A stretch of 46,707 bases of DNA from Eubacteriales bacterium (GTDB lineage Bacteria > Bacillota > Clostridia > Oscillospirales > QAKW01), in contig JAZUNB010000105.1 in NCBI GenBank assembly GCA_045603925.1, positions 1 through 46,707 on the forward strand, read 5' to 3'. This document shows, piece after piece, positions 27,603-37,230 of this stretch; the first letter of the stretch is position 1; each line of letters starts with the position of its first letter. A program made the translations under genes and the position numbers. The notes under the pieces are model-generated. The model was not told where the DNA came from and made no database searches. It saw only the letters and a program-made list of their open reading frames with translations.

Positions 27603-29023
27603 CGGTCAATAAATTCCTTTACGATCTCTTTTTCATCAAAATGGATCTTGGTCTTGCCCAAAATCTGATAATCCTCATGCCCTTTTCCTGCCAAAAGGAT
27701 CAGATCATCGGGGCGGGCATTTTGAATGGCATAGCCGATGGCCTCCTTGCGGTTTTCGATGACCGCATAGGGCATTTCAGTCCCCTCCAGACCCACTAAA
27801 ATATCCCGAATAATGGCGGCGGGATCCTCTGTACGGGGGTTATCGGAGGTCACAATGGCGAAATCGCTGTATTTGGCCACCACCTCCGCCATTTTAGGGC
27901 GCTTGGTCTTATCCCGATCGCCGCCGCAACCGAAGAGGGTCACGATCCGCCCCTTGGCATAGCCGCGGATGGTGGTGAGAATATTCTCCAGAGCATCGGG
28001 GGTATGGGCATAATCCAGCATTACCGAATAGGGAAGTCCCTCGGTGATCACCTCGGCGCGGCCCGCCACCTTGGGGATTTGATTCAGACCCTTGATGACC
28101 TCCTCAAAGGAATAGCCCGCCGAAAGCAACACCCCTGCGGCGCAAAGGGTATTATGCACCGTAAACAGGCCGGGGGTGGAGACCTTTACCGAAGCGGATC
28201 GATCCTGATACGTAAGGGTATAGGAGACTCCCGAAACATCCACCGCAATATCGGTGGCGGTGAGGTCTGCTTTTTCCTCAGCGGAATAGGTCATTCCACC
28301 GTATTCTGCGGCAAATTCTCTGCCGCAGGCATCGTCTAAATTAAAGACCGCCTTGCCTGCCATCTCAAAGAGACGAGCCTTAGCCGCCTTATAATTTTCC
28401 ATGGTTTTATGATAGTCCAGATGGACCTGGGTCAGGTTGGTAAAGCCTGCGGCGGCAAAGGGGAGGCTATCCACCCGCCGCTGATGCATGGCTTGGGAAG
28501 AGACCTCCATCACCACCGTTTGCACCCCTGCATCCGCCATTTTGCGGAGCAGTTCAAAGAGCTGATAGGGCTCGGGAGTGGTGAAGGCGGCGGGAAAAGA
28601 CTCGCTGCCGATCTGATTACATACAGTGCCGATCAGCCCCGCCTTAATGCCCATTCCATCTAAGATACTCTTTACAAATTGAGTCGTTGAGGTCTTACCG
28701 TTGGTACCGGTGACCCCTAAAAAGGTCATTTCCCGCTGGGGATGGCCGAAGAAATTGGCCGAAAGCTGCTGAAAGGCCATACGGGTATCCTCCACCAGAA
28801 TATGAGGAACCTCCGCTTCGGTCTCATGCTCCGCCAAAATCACCGCGGCGCCCTTTTGGGCGGCAGAAGCGGCGAAAAGATGGCCATCCGCCGTTTCTCC
28901 CGCAATGGCGGTAAAGAGGAAGCCTTCCTCCACCTTGCGGGAATCAAAGGCAATGCCGCTGATCTCCCGATCAGCCCATTCGTTCTTGGTATGAATTCCT
29001 GCCAAAAGTTGAGATAACAGCAT
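27596..29023 (-). CDS. murE: UDP-MurNAc-dipeptide:meso-DAP ligase
   Basis: Start MLLSQLL after AAGGAAGG; TGTNGKT, TTPE, MEVSSQ, DYAHTPD, GCGGDRD, DNPR (meso-DAP-type motif), GKGHE. Confidence 0.95.
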   Translation of the reverse strand: MLLSQLLAGIHTKNEWADREISGIAFDSRKVEEGFLFTAIAGETADGHLFAASAAQKGAAVILAEHETEAEVPHILVEDTRMAFQQLSANFFGHPQREMTFLGVTGTNGKTSTTQFVKSILDGMGIKAGLIGTVCNQIGSESFPAAFTTPEPYQLFELLRKMADAGVQTVVMEVSSQAMHQRRVDSLPFAAAGFTNLTQVHLDYHKTMENYKAAKARLFEMAGKAVFNLDDACGREFAAEYGGMTYSAEEKADLTATDIAVDVSGVSYTLTYQDRSASVKVSTPGLFTVHNTLCAAGVLLSAGYSFEEVIKGLNQIPKVAGRAEVITEGLPYSVMLDYAHTPDALENILTTIRGYAKGRIVTLFGCGGDRDKTKRPKMAEVVAKYSDFAIVTSDNPRTEDPAAIIRDILVGLEGTEMPYAVIENRKEAIGYAIQNARPDDLILLAGKGHEDYQILGKTKIHFDEKEIVKEFIDRC

Positions 29024-29039
29024 TGTTTTTCCTTCCTTT

Positions 29040-31268
29040 CTACATACTGGATACGCCCTCGGAGCTATTGGTCCGAATGGTGATGACCGTACCGGGGGCA
29101 ACCATTTCCCCTGCGGCGGGAGACTGGGAGATAACCAGGGCGGTGGCTTCGGTATTGCCGTTGCCCACCACTCTTACATTCAGCCCCTCCTGCACAATGC
29201 GGTTGGAGGCGCCTGCCACCGAATAATCCACAAGATTGGGAACGGTGATGTTCTTGGAAAGGCTTGCATCGCCGGTATAAAGAACCATGGTACCGCTCTG
29301 GGGCATGGTGGTGCCGGCGGCGGGGCTTTGGGCGGTAACGGTATCGCCGTTGCCCTTGATCTTATATTTGATCTCCTTATCAATGAGATCTGCCTCCACC
29401 TCAGCGAGGGGGCGATCCACATAGGAGGTGATGGCCACATCCAGAGTCTCCAGCTCTTCGGCGGTATACTGGGGCTGAACACCCAGATAAGGCAGGATAT
29501 CGCTTAAAATATCACCGGCCACGGGGGCGGCGATGATACCGCCGTAGATCTCCCCGTTGCTGGGGCTATCCAGCAGAACCAAAATGGCATATTCGGGATC
29601 GTCGGCAGGGGCAAAGCCGATGAAAGAAGAGATATAGTTCTTCACACCGGTTGCTACATAATCGTCGATCTTCTCGGAGGTACCGGTCTTACCGGCCACA
29701 CGGTAGCCCTTTACATAGGCATTTTTACCGGAGCCTACCGATACCACCTCTTCCAAAAGATCACAGACCAGCGCGCTGGTCTCCGCCGAGATCACCTGCC
29801 GCTTGGACTGGGTCTCAAAGCTCTTGACCACCTTTTGAGAACCGTCCTCCTGGGTCTCGGTAATCTCTTTGACCACATGGGGAGTCACCAATGTTCCGCC
29901 GTTGCTGGCAGCCGCTACTGCGCTGATCATCTGCAGAGGCGAGATCTTAAAGTTCTGACCGAAGGAGGCGGTAGCAAGCTCTACCTCCTGGAAGGTAGAG
30001 AACCAGATGCCGCTGGCTTCGCCTGCAAGATCCACACCGGTCTTTTCGGTAAGCCCGAAGTTCTGAAAATATTCATAGAAGGTATCGGCGCCGACCGTAG
30101 CACCGATGGTAATAAAGGCAGGGTTACAGGAATTCTGAATAGCCTGAGAGAGGGTCTGATGGCCATGACCGCCGGATTTCCAGCAACGGATGGTACGGTC
30201 GGCCACGCGGATATAACCGGGGCAGGAATAGGTATTATTGGTGGTGATCAGGCCCTCCTCCAAGGCCATGGAAAGGGTGATGATCTTGAAGGTAGAACCG
30301 GGCATATAGGTGTCCACCGTACATTTATTCCGCCAGATCTTATTGCGGGCGGCATTGGTCGCAGTCTCCAGTTCTTCCCCCGCAAGCCCCTCCAGAGAGG
30401 TCTGCATCATGGCGTCGGTGATCTCATAATAACGGTTGGGATCATAATTGGGCAGAGAGGCCATTCCCAGGATCTCGCCGGTCTTTACATTCATAACGAT
30501 GCCTGCGGCGCCCTCCAGACATTGCTGCTCTTCTCTTGCCTCCTGAAGATGCTTCTCCAGATAATACTGCACCGTTTCATCGATGGTCAGTACTACATTT
30601 TTACCGTCTTCGGCGGCAACATAGGTCTCATATTCATAGGGCAGCTCGGTACCCACCGCATTTTTGGCGGTGATCATTTTACCGCCGGTGCCCTGGAGAT
30701 ACTCATTATAGATGGATTCGATGCCGTCCAGACCCACATTATCGGTACCGGTAAAGCCCAAAATATGGCAGGCAAGGCTGTTATAGGGATAATACCGCTT
30801 GGTATCCTCCACCAGATGGATGCCCTTCAGATCATTTTCATCGATAAAGGCACGCACCTGATCGGCTACATCCGATTCGATACGGCGCTTGACCAGCTCA
30901 TAATAATTGGATTTTTGAGTCTTTTCGTAAACGCTTTGCTCATCCACCCCTAAGATCTCCGAAAGACCGCGGGCGATCAGGCGGCAATTGGCTTCATCCT
31001 TATCCACGGAATTGGGAGCAATATAAACGGTCTCCACCTGAGCGGAAACAGCCAGTTCCTGATAATTACGGCTGTAAATGGTGCCGCGCCGGGCCGCAAG
31101 GGTGGTATCCATCGTCTGCTGGCTGATGGCCTTGGTCTGATAATAGGTATAGTTGACGATCTGATAATTGACCAGCACGCCTGCCAGCCAAAGCAGCAGT
31201 GCTACTGCGAAAATCGCCAGCATAACGGTGCTTCTTGTTACCATCGATCTGCTCGGTCCTTTGCCCAT
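29040..31268 (-). CDS. Class B penicillin-binding protein (FtsI/SpoVD-like) with two PASTA domains
   Basis: RRGTIYSRN, RYYP, PGSTFK (SxxK), SCN (SxN), KTGTS, C-terminal QSPAAG repeats. Confidence 0.93.
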   Translation of the reverse strand: MGKGPSRSMVTRSTVMLAIFAVALLLWLAGVLVNYQIVNYTYYQTKAISQQTMDTTLAARRGTIYSRNYQELAVSAQVETVYIAPNSVDKDEANCRLIARGLSEILGVDEQSVYEKTQKSNYYELVKRRIESDVADQVRAFIDENDLKGIHLVEDTKRYYPYNSLACHILGFTGTDNVGLDGIESIYNEYLQGTGGKMITAKNAVGTELPYEYETYVAAEDGKNVVLTIDETVQYYLEKHLQEAREEQQCLEGAAGIVMNVKTGEILGMASLPNYDPNRYYEITDAMMQTSLEGLAGEELETATNAARNKIWRNKCTVDTYMPGSTFKIITLSMALEEGLITTNNTYSCPGYIRVADRTIRCWKSGGHGHQTLSQAIQNSCNPAFITIGATVGADTFYEYFQNFGLTEKTGVDLAGEASGIWFSTFQEVELATASFGQNFKISPLQMISAVAAASNGGTLVTPHVVKEITETQEDGSQKVVKSFETQSKRQVISAETSALVCDLLEEVVSVGSGKNAYVKGYRVAGKTGTSEKIDDYVATGVKNYISSFIGFAPADDPEYAILVLLDSPSNGEIYGGIIAAPVAGDILSDILPYLGVQPQYTAEELETLDVAITSYVDRPLAEVEADLIDKEIKYKIKGNGDTVTAQSPAAGTTMPQSGTMVLYTGDASLSKNITVPNLVDYSVAGASNRIVQEGLNVRVVGNGNTEATALVISQSPAAGEMVAPGTVITIRTNSSEGVSSM

Positions 31269-31361
31269 TTTTTGCTCCTTTCCGAAAAAAATTCTCTCTT
31301 TAAAATTGCAAATAGAGAGTAAGAAAAAATTTTTTCCTACTCTCTTTTACATATCACTTGA

Positions 31362-31748
31362 TCAGCTGAGATATTCCACAAGAATGTTAAATTCCTGTAC
31401 CACACCGTCCCACCAGCTATCGCCTGCAGGCTCATCCTTGATGATCTCAACCGTGTCATCGGTCAGCAGGTTGATGGTCTGGATCTGATAGTTTTCAATT
31501 TTGATCATTCCCAGCTCTTCGGTGGCGATCCGCTCGATCTCGTCCATGGAATTCTTGCGGTCGATGGAGACCTGAAGCGCTCCCGCTTCACCCTCCAGAC
31601 TGCTCAGTTCTCTTTTGGCGGCAAGCAGGTCGCTGGATACCTCATTGAGAGCAATGTGGCTATACAATAAGTAGCCGCCCATTACCAAAAATAAAGCAAT
31701 GCACAAGACGGCGGACAACCGAATGCCGGGCATATGAAATTTTTTCAT
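31362..31748 (-). CDS. ftsL: FtsL-like cell division protein
   Basis: TM helix, coiled coil, IERIATEELGM; canonical position between rsmH and the PBP. Confidence 0.75.
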   Translation of the reverse strand: MKKFHMPGIRLSAVLCIALFLVMGGYLLYSHIALNEVSSDLLAAKRELSSLEGEAGALQVSIDRKNSMDEIERIATEELGMIKIENYQIQTINLLTDDTVEIIKDEPAGDSWWDGVVQEFNILVEYLS

Positions 31749-31767
31749 TGGGGGCTACCTCTACTTT

Positions 31768-32703
31768 CTACTTCTTTTCGCAAATTCGAAGCTTTGCGGG
31801 CTTGGAGCGGTTATTCACCGCCAGCTCCTCCGCCGAAGCGGTAATGGGCTTATGGGTGATCTGCTTCACAACAGGCTTTCTGCCGCAAACGCAGATGGGT
31901 AAATTCTTATCGCAGATACATCCCGAGGCAAGATCGGCAAACACTGTTTTCACAATGCGATCCTCCAGGGAATGGAAGGTCATCACCGCGATCCGCCCGC
32001 CGGGCTTTAAGACCGCAACCGCATCGCGGATGGCTTGCTCCAAGATCCGAAGCTCGCCGTTGACCTCAATGCGGATGGCCTGAAAGGTCCGCTTGGCGGG
32101 ATGCTTATTGCCATAGCGCTCCTTTGGGGGAAAGACCTTTTCAATGATCTCGGTCAGCTGACCGGTGGTCTCGATGGGAGCCTCCTCCCGCTTGCGGCAG
32201 ATGGCGGCGGCGATTCTTGCGCTTTGCCGCTCTTCTCCGTAGCGATAGAAGATCTCGGTCAGCTGCTCTTTGGTATAGCCGTTTACCACCTGATAGGCAT
32301 CGAGGGGATTCTCCCGATCCATCCGCATATCCAAGGGGGCATCAAACCGATAGGAAAAGCCCCGGCTCTCTTCGTCCAGCTGGAAGCTGGAAACGCCCAG
32401 GTCAAACAAAATGCCGTCGATGGCGGGGATGCCTTGCTCCTCCAGGACCCATCGCAGGGCGGAAAAATTCGATTTAACGGCGCGGAAGCGCTCGCCGAAG
32501 GGAGCAAGACGCTCACCGGCCGCTTTCAGGGCATCCCGATCTTGGTCGATTCCGATCAGATACCCGCTCTTTAACTCTTTGGCAATGAGGCTGCTATGGC
32601 CGCCGCCACCCAAGGTGGCATCCACATAGATCCCATCGGGCTTGATATTCAGCCCGCGGATACATTCCTCTGCCATTACACTGTAATGAGAGAACTCCTT
32701 CAT
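31768..32703 (-). CDS. rsmH: 16S rRNA C1402 N4-methyltransferase
   Basis: DATLGGGGHS, FDLGVSSFQLD, PLDMRMD, FQAIRIEVN, FHSLEDR. Confidence 0.96.
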   Translation of the reverse strand: MKEFSHYSVMAEECIRGLNIKPDGIYVDATLGGGGHSSLIAKELKSGYLIGIDQDRDALKAAGERLAPFGERFRAVKSNFSALRWVLEEQGIPAIDGILFDLGVSSFQLDEESRGFSYRFDAPLDMRMDRENPLDAYQVVNGYTKEQLTEIFYRYGEERQSARIAAAICRKREEAPIETTGQLTEIIEKVFPPKERYGNKHPAKRTFQAIRIEVNGELRILEQAIRDAVAVLKPGGRIAVMTFHSLEDRIVKTVFADLASGCICDKNLPICVCGRKPVVKQITHKPITASAEELAVNNRSKPAKLRICEKK

Positions 32704-33128
32704 CAGAAGTCCACTTCATCCATGGTCGCCATAATATCCTTGGTTTCCATTTTCTGCATCATATCATTGAACCGATCGGGATTCCAGATCTCGATGCGGT
32801 TGCCGTTACCGATGAGCATCACATTGCCTTCAATGGCCGCCAGCTTCCGCAAGGGCAGAGGGATCTGCACTCTTCCCTGCTTATCGGCGGTCACATCGGT
32901 TTTATAAGGATTAAAGAAATGGCTGATAGCCAGCCCCTTGGACATGGGCAGCTGAGAGATCTTATTCTGCAGGATCAGCCATTCTTCCGGAGTCAGTATA
33001 TACACGCAACCTTCCAGGCCTTGGGTCAATACCAGATCGCTTCCGGTCTGCTCCTTCATTTTCTTGGGCAGGATCACTCTTCCCTTTTCATCTACAAACA
33101 GTTCGAAATAGCCGGTTAAGTATGCCAT
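32703..33128 (-). CDS. mraZ: Transcriptional regulator MraZ
   Basis: Start MAYLTG after AGAGGAGG; two DxxGR motifs (DEKGRV, DKQGRV), RIEIW. Confidence 0.92.
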   Translation of the reverse strand: MAYLTGYFELFVDEKGRVILPKKMKEQTGSDLVLTQGLEGCVYILTPEEWLILQNKISQLPMSKGLAISHFFNPYKTDVTADKQGRVQIPLPLRKLAAIEGNVMLIGNGNRIEIWNPDRFNDMMQKMETKDIMATMDEVDF

Positions 33129-33155
33129 GTATACACCTCCTCTCGCTCTTTTTCT

Positions 33156-33229
33156 CCACTTAGACACCATTTGGCACCCACTTGGATGCCACTTCATTTA
33201 AATTATAGCAAAAAAATCAAAAAAATCAA
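33156..33229 (-). promoter_or_regulatory. dcw promoter with four MraZ-type GTGG direct repeats
   Basis: Minus strand AAGTGG-N5-AAGTGG-N5-AAATGG-N5-AAGTGG (33194-33156), just downstream of TGnTATAAT (33207-33202); TTGATT lies 16 bp further upstream. Confidence 0.7.
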
Positions 33230-33250
33230 TAGTTTTTTGATAAAAATATA

Positions 33251-33285
33251 AAAAAATCCCACCGATTTTCATCGGTGGGTTTTTT
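33251..33285 (-). terminator. Intrinsic terminator ending the nrd operon
   Basis: CCCACCGAT-TTTC-ATCGGTGGG hairpin flanked by A and T tracts. Confidence 0.7.
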
Positions 33286-33304
33286 CTTGATTTTATACGG
33301 TTTT

Positions 33305-33913
33305 TCAGTCTTCGTAACGGCTGCGAATAAAGTCGGCGGTGGCCTTTGCCAATTTTTTCATCTCCCATTCGGTGGAGTTGATGATCAGATCATAGCCATC
33401 CCGCTGACCCCATTTACTGCCGGAGACCAGCTCGCGGGTCTGAGCGCGGTATTTATCGATCCGCTTGATATTACGCTTCATTTCTTTTTCGGAGAATTCC
33501 TTTTCCTTGCCTTCGGCCCGCTCCATACAACGGCGGACCCGCGCCGAAAGATCGGCGCAAACAAAGATGCGGAAGGGTTTTTCCTCTTTTAAGATCACAT
33601 CGGCATCCTGGCCGATGATGATACAGTCCTTTCCCTCCTTCACGATCTCCTCCAACACCTCTTTTTGAGCGATCAGTTCATTGGTATGGATGGCATGCTC
33701 ATCGGCGAAGGAATGATGAAAAGCAAGAGGAAAGGTGCGCCATGCATGAAAAGCAACAGCGCTCTCCACATAACCGGAGGTATGAGCTTTTTTCTCGGCA
33801 ATGGCGTCCATGATCTCCTGATCATAGTAATCAAAGCCCAGCTCGTCTGCCAGGCGCCTGCCCAGCTCGCGACCGCCGCTGCCGAATTCGCGGCCAATGG
33901 TAATGATCTTCAT
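33305..33913 (-). CDS. Cytidylate kinase-like family protein
   Basis: IITIGREFGSGGRELGRRLA P-loop; DKYRA...YDLIINS. Confidence 0.85.
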   Translation of the reverse strand: MKIITIGREFGSGGRELGRRLADELGFDYYDQEIMDAIAEKKAHTSGYVESAVAFHAWRTFPLAFHHSFADEHAIHTNELIAQKEVLEEIVKEGKDCIIIGQDADVILKEEKPFRIFVCADLSARVRRCMERAEGKEKEFSEKEMKRNIKRIDKYRAQTRELVSGSKWGQRDGYDLIINSTEWEMKKLAKATADFIRSRYED

Positions 33914-33916
33914 GGT

Positions 33917-34822
33917 TTAATCCTCCAGGGAATCTAAATAGGCGCCTGCCGCAAGGCCGGCAACCGCGCCATCGCCTGCGGCGGTGGCCAGCTGACGGAT
34001 CTGCTTGACCCGACAGTCGCCGGCGGCAAATACGCCCTCGCAGGTGGTTTTGCAATCTTCACCGGCCAGAATATAACCGGCTTCATCCAGCGCCACCAAG
34101 GGGCGATAAGGCTCATTATTGGGCTGCTGCCCGATGGCAATAAAGAGGCCGTCTGCCGTCAGGGTCTCTTTATGATCCCCGAACTGCACCTCCAGGCCCG
34201 TCAGGTGATCCTCTCCCAAAAGGGCGCTGACCACTCCGCCGGTACGAACGGTGATATTGGGAACCTTTTTCATCCGCTCCATCAGCACCGGCTCCGCGCG
34301 GAAACCGTCCCGACGGTGGATCAGCGTTACGCTCTCGCAAAGCTCCGCCAAAGAAAGCGCCGACTGCACCGCGGCGTTACCGCCGCCCACGACTGCCACC
34401 TTCTTATTCTTATAGAAGGCACCGTCGCAGACTGCGCAATAGGAGACCCCTGCCAGCTCCTCTTCCCGCGCCACCCCCAAATGGCGGTGGGCGGCGCCGG
34501 TGGCGAGGATCAGGCATTTGGCTTCATATTCATCCTCATCGGTGGTGCGAACCAGGAAGCCGCGGTCGGTCTTCTCGACCCCGTTGACCTCCACCGGCTC
34601 GATCATCCCGCCGAACTCATAGACCTGCTCGGCCAAGCGATCGGCATATTCCACCCCGCTGATGCCATAGAGGCCGGGAAAATTTTCAATGCGGGCGGAG
34701 GCGGTGATCTGCCCACCCAATGCGGTGGACTCTAAGATCAGCGCCTTCTTCCCTGCCCGCAGCAGATAAATGGCTGCGGTCATTCCGGCGGTTCCGCCGC
34801 CGATAATTAAAGCATCAACCAT
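33917..34822 (-). CDS. trxB: Thioredoxin-disulfide reductase
   Basis: GGGTAG FAD motif, SYCAVCDG redox CxxC, VGGGNAA, HRRD, FAAGD. Confidence 0.9.
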   Translation of the reverse strand: MVDALIIGGGTAGMTAAIYLLRAGKKALILESTALGGQITASARIENFPGLYGISGVEYADRLAEQVYEFGGMIEPVEVNGVEKTDRGFLVRTTDEDEYEAKCLILATGAAHRHLGVAREEELAGVSYCAVCDGAFYKNKKVAVVGGGNAAVQSALSLAELCESVTLIHRRDGFRAEPVLMERMKKVPNITVRTGGVVSALLGEDHLTGLEVQFGDHKETLTADGLFIAIGQQPNNEPYRPLVALDEAGYILAGEDCKTTCEGVFAAGDCRVKQIRQLATAAGDGAVAGLAAGAYLDSLED

Positions 34823-37202
34823 TGACGCTCACCCGCTTGGTAAAGGAGCGGATCTCCGATGCATTGGTCATCTTCTCGATGCCGCCATCACTCTCCACAA
34901 TGAGAGTGGGAGCCTTGGTGACCTGATAGCCGTCTACCAAAGCGCGGTTGGCGGGATCCTCAGCATCCAGCTTCACATAAGCGATCCCGGCCTGATCCAG
35001 CATGGCGGTTGCCATCTTGCAATTGGGGCAGGTCTTGGTGGTGAAGAGCAACACTCTGTTGCCGCCTACCACCTCGGGCTCTGCATCCGAGCAGCCGCAG
35101 CCGCAAGCATGGTTGGTGGGCATTTTGATCTGCGCAATGGTCTGATCGTAGAGTTTACGATCTTTAAACTCCTGAGCCTTACCGTCGTTCCAGTTCTGAA
35201 CGGGGCGGTAGTAACCAGTGATCCGGCTGTAGACCTCGGTATTTTCACCGCAATGGGGGCAGGTATACTCCTCGCCGGTGATATAACCGTGGTTCTTACA
35301 AACGGAATAGGTGGGAGACATGGAATAATAGGGCAGGCGATAATTGTCTGCGATCTTCTTCACCAGGTTGGCCGCCGCCTTCCAATCGGGCAGCTTCTCG
35401 CCCATATAGGCATGGAATACCGTACCGGAGGTATAGAGGGTATGAAGCTCATCCTGAAGATCCAGAGCGGTAAAGATATCCTCGGTATAGCCCACAGGCA
35501 GGTGAGAAGAGTTGGTGTAATAGGGAGTACCGTCCATATTGGCGGTAATGATGCCGGGGAAACGGCTGACATCGTGCTTAGCCAGACGGTAGGAGGTGGA
35601 CTCGGCGGGAGTTGCCTCCAGGTTATAGAGATCGCCGTACTCCTCCTGATAATCGGAGAGGCGCTCTCTCATATGGTTCAGCACATCCTTGGCAAACTGC
35701 TGACCCTCAGCGGTGGTCAGGTTCTTCTTCAGCCAGCAGGCATTGAGGGCGGTCTCATTCATACCCACCAGGCCGATGGTGGAGAAGTGGTTATCAAAGG
35801 AGCCCAGATATCTCTTGGTATAGGGATACAGACCCTCATTCAGGAACTTGGTAATAACGGTTCTCTTGATCTTCAAAGAACGGGCAGAAATATCCAGCAG
35901 CTTATCCAGGCGGGCATAGAACTCTTCCTCGGTAGCAGACTGATAAGCGATGCGGGGCAGGTTGATGGTTACAACACCCACCGAACCGGTGGACTCACCG
36001 GAGCCGAAGAAGCCGCCGGACTTCTTACGCAGTTCGCGGAGATCCAGACGCAGGCGGCAGCACATACTGCGGACATCGCTGGGCTCCATATCACTGTTTA
36101 CATAGTTGGAGAAATAGGGAGTACCGTATTTGGCGGTCATCTCGAAGAGCAGTTTATTGTTCTCGGTCTCGGACCAGTCGAAATCACGGGTGATGGAATA
36201 GGTGGGGATGGGATACTGGAAGCCGCGGCCGTTGGCATCGCCTTCGATCATGGTCTCGATGAAGGCGCGGTTGATCATATCCATTTCCTTCTTGCAATCG
36301 CCGTAGGTGAAGTCCATTTCCTTCCCGCCGACGATGGCAGGCAGATCCTTCAGATCTGCGGGAACGGTCCAATCCAGGGTGATATTGGAGAAGGGAGCCT
36401 GGGTACCCCAACGGCTGGGGGTATTGACACCGTATACAAAAGACTGAATGCAGTTCTTTACTTCCCAATAGGAGAGGTTATCCACTCTTACAAAGGGAGC
36501 CAGATAGGTATCGAAGGAGGAGAAGGCCTGAGCGCCCGCCCATTCATTCTGCATAATGCCCAGGAAATTGACCATCTGATTGCAGAGGGAAACCAAATGC
36601 TTGGCGGGAGCGGAGGTGATCTTACCGGGAACACCGCCCAAGCCTTCCTTGATCAGCTGCTTCAGAGACCAACCGGCGCAATAACCGGTCAGCATGGAGA
36701 GATCGTGGATATGAATATCGGCGTTGCGATGAGCATCGGCGATCTCGCCGTCATAGATCTCGCTGAGCCAATAATTGGCGGTGATGGCGCCGCTGTTGGA
36801 GAGGATCAGACCGCCTACCGAATAGGTAACGGTGGAGTTCTCCTTCACACGCCAGTCGGTAACATTTACATAACTGTCTACCAGGGACTTATAATCCAAG
36901 AAGGTAGACTTCAGGTTACGCACCTTTTCTCTTTGCTTACGGTAAAGGATATAAGCCTTGGCAACATCGGCATAGCCGGATTCGCTCAATACTTCCTCCA
37001 CACTGTCTTGAATATCTTCTACTGCGATCTTCCCGTCTTTGACCTTGGGCTCGAAATGAGCTGTCACCTTCAAAGCCAGCAGATCGATCACGCTGGGATG
37101 AGATGCCTTATTCTGGGCATCGAATGCCTTTTGGATGGCAACGCTGATTTTTGCAATGTCGAAATTTGCTTCGGATCCGTCTCTTTTAATTACGCTATAC
37201 AT
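34815..37202 (-). CDS. nrdD: Anaerobic (class III) ribonucleoside-triphosphate reductase with N-terminal ATP cone and C-terminal glutaredoxin-like domain
   Basis: VIKRDG ATP cone, HIHDL, YCAGWSL, SMCCRL, EATPAES, Zn motif CKNH...CPHC, glycyl-radical motif SRITGYY, then FTTKTCPNC...KAPTL. Confidence 0.93.
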   Translation of the reverse strand: MYSVIKRDGSEANFDIAKISVAIQKAFDAQNKASHPSVIDLLALKVTAHFEPKVKDGKIAVEDIQDSVEEVLSESGYADVAKAYILYRKQREKVRNLKSTFLDYKSLVDSYVNVTDWRVKENSTVTYSVGGLILSNSGAITANYWLSEIYDGEIADAHRNADIHIHDLSMLTGYCAGWSLKQLIKEGLGGVPGKITSAPAKHLVSLCNQMVNFLGIMQNEWAGAQAFSSFDTYLAPFVRVDNLSYWEVKNCIQSFVYGVNTPSRWGTQAPFSNITLDWTVPADLKDLPAIVGGKEMDFTYGDCKKEMDMINRAFIETMIEGDANGRGFQYPIPTYSITRDFDWSETENNKLLFEMTAKYGTPYFSNYVNSDMEPSDVRSMCCRLRLDLRELRKKSGGFFGSGESTGSVGVVTINLPRIAYQSATEEEFYARLDKLLDISARSLKIKRTVITKFLNEGLYPYTKRYLGSFDNHFSTIGLVGMNETALNACWLKKNLTTAEGQQFAKDVLNHMRERLSDYQEEYGDLYNLEATPAESTSYRLAKHDVSRFPGIITANMDGTPYYTNSSHLPVGYTEDIFTALDLQDELHTLYTSGTVFHAYMGEKLPDWKAAANLVKKIADNYRLPYYSMSPTYSVCKNHGYITGEEYTCPHCGENTEVYSRITGYYRPVQNWNDGKAQEFKDRKLYDQTIAQIKMPTNHACGCGCSDAEPEVVGGNRVLLFTTKTCPNCKMATAMLDQAGIAYVKLDAEDPANRALVDGYQVTKAPTLIVESDGGIEKMTNASEIRSFTKRVSVNG

Positions 37203-37230
37203 CTTTTCCTAATCCTCTCTATCTATATTT

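Noticed and set aside
18491-30953. Plus-strand ORFs opposite ftsZ, ftsW, mraY and the PBP gene (310-372 aa)
   Set aside because: Same shadow artefact; His/Gln/Asp-rich composition typical of reverse frames.
22067-33128. Absence of murD from the dcw cluster
   Set aside because: Relocation of mur genes is common in Clostridia; genome-wide absence cannot be judged from this window.
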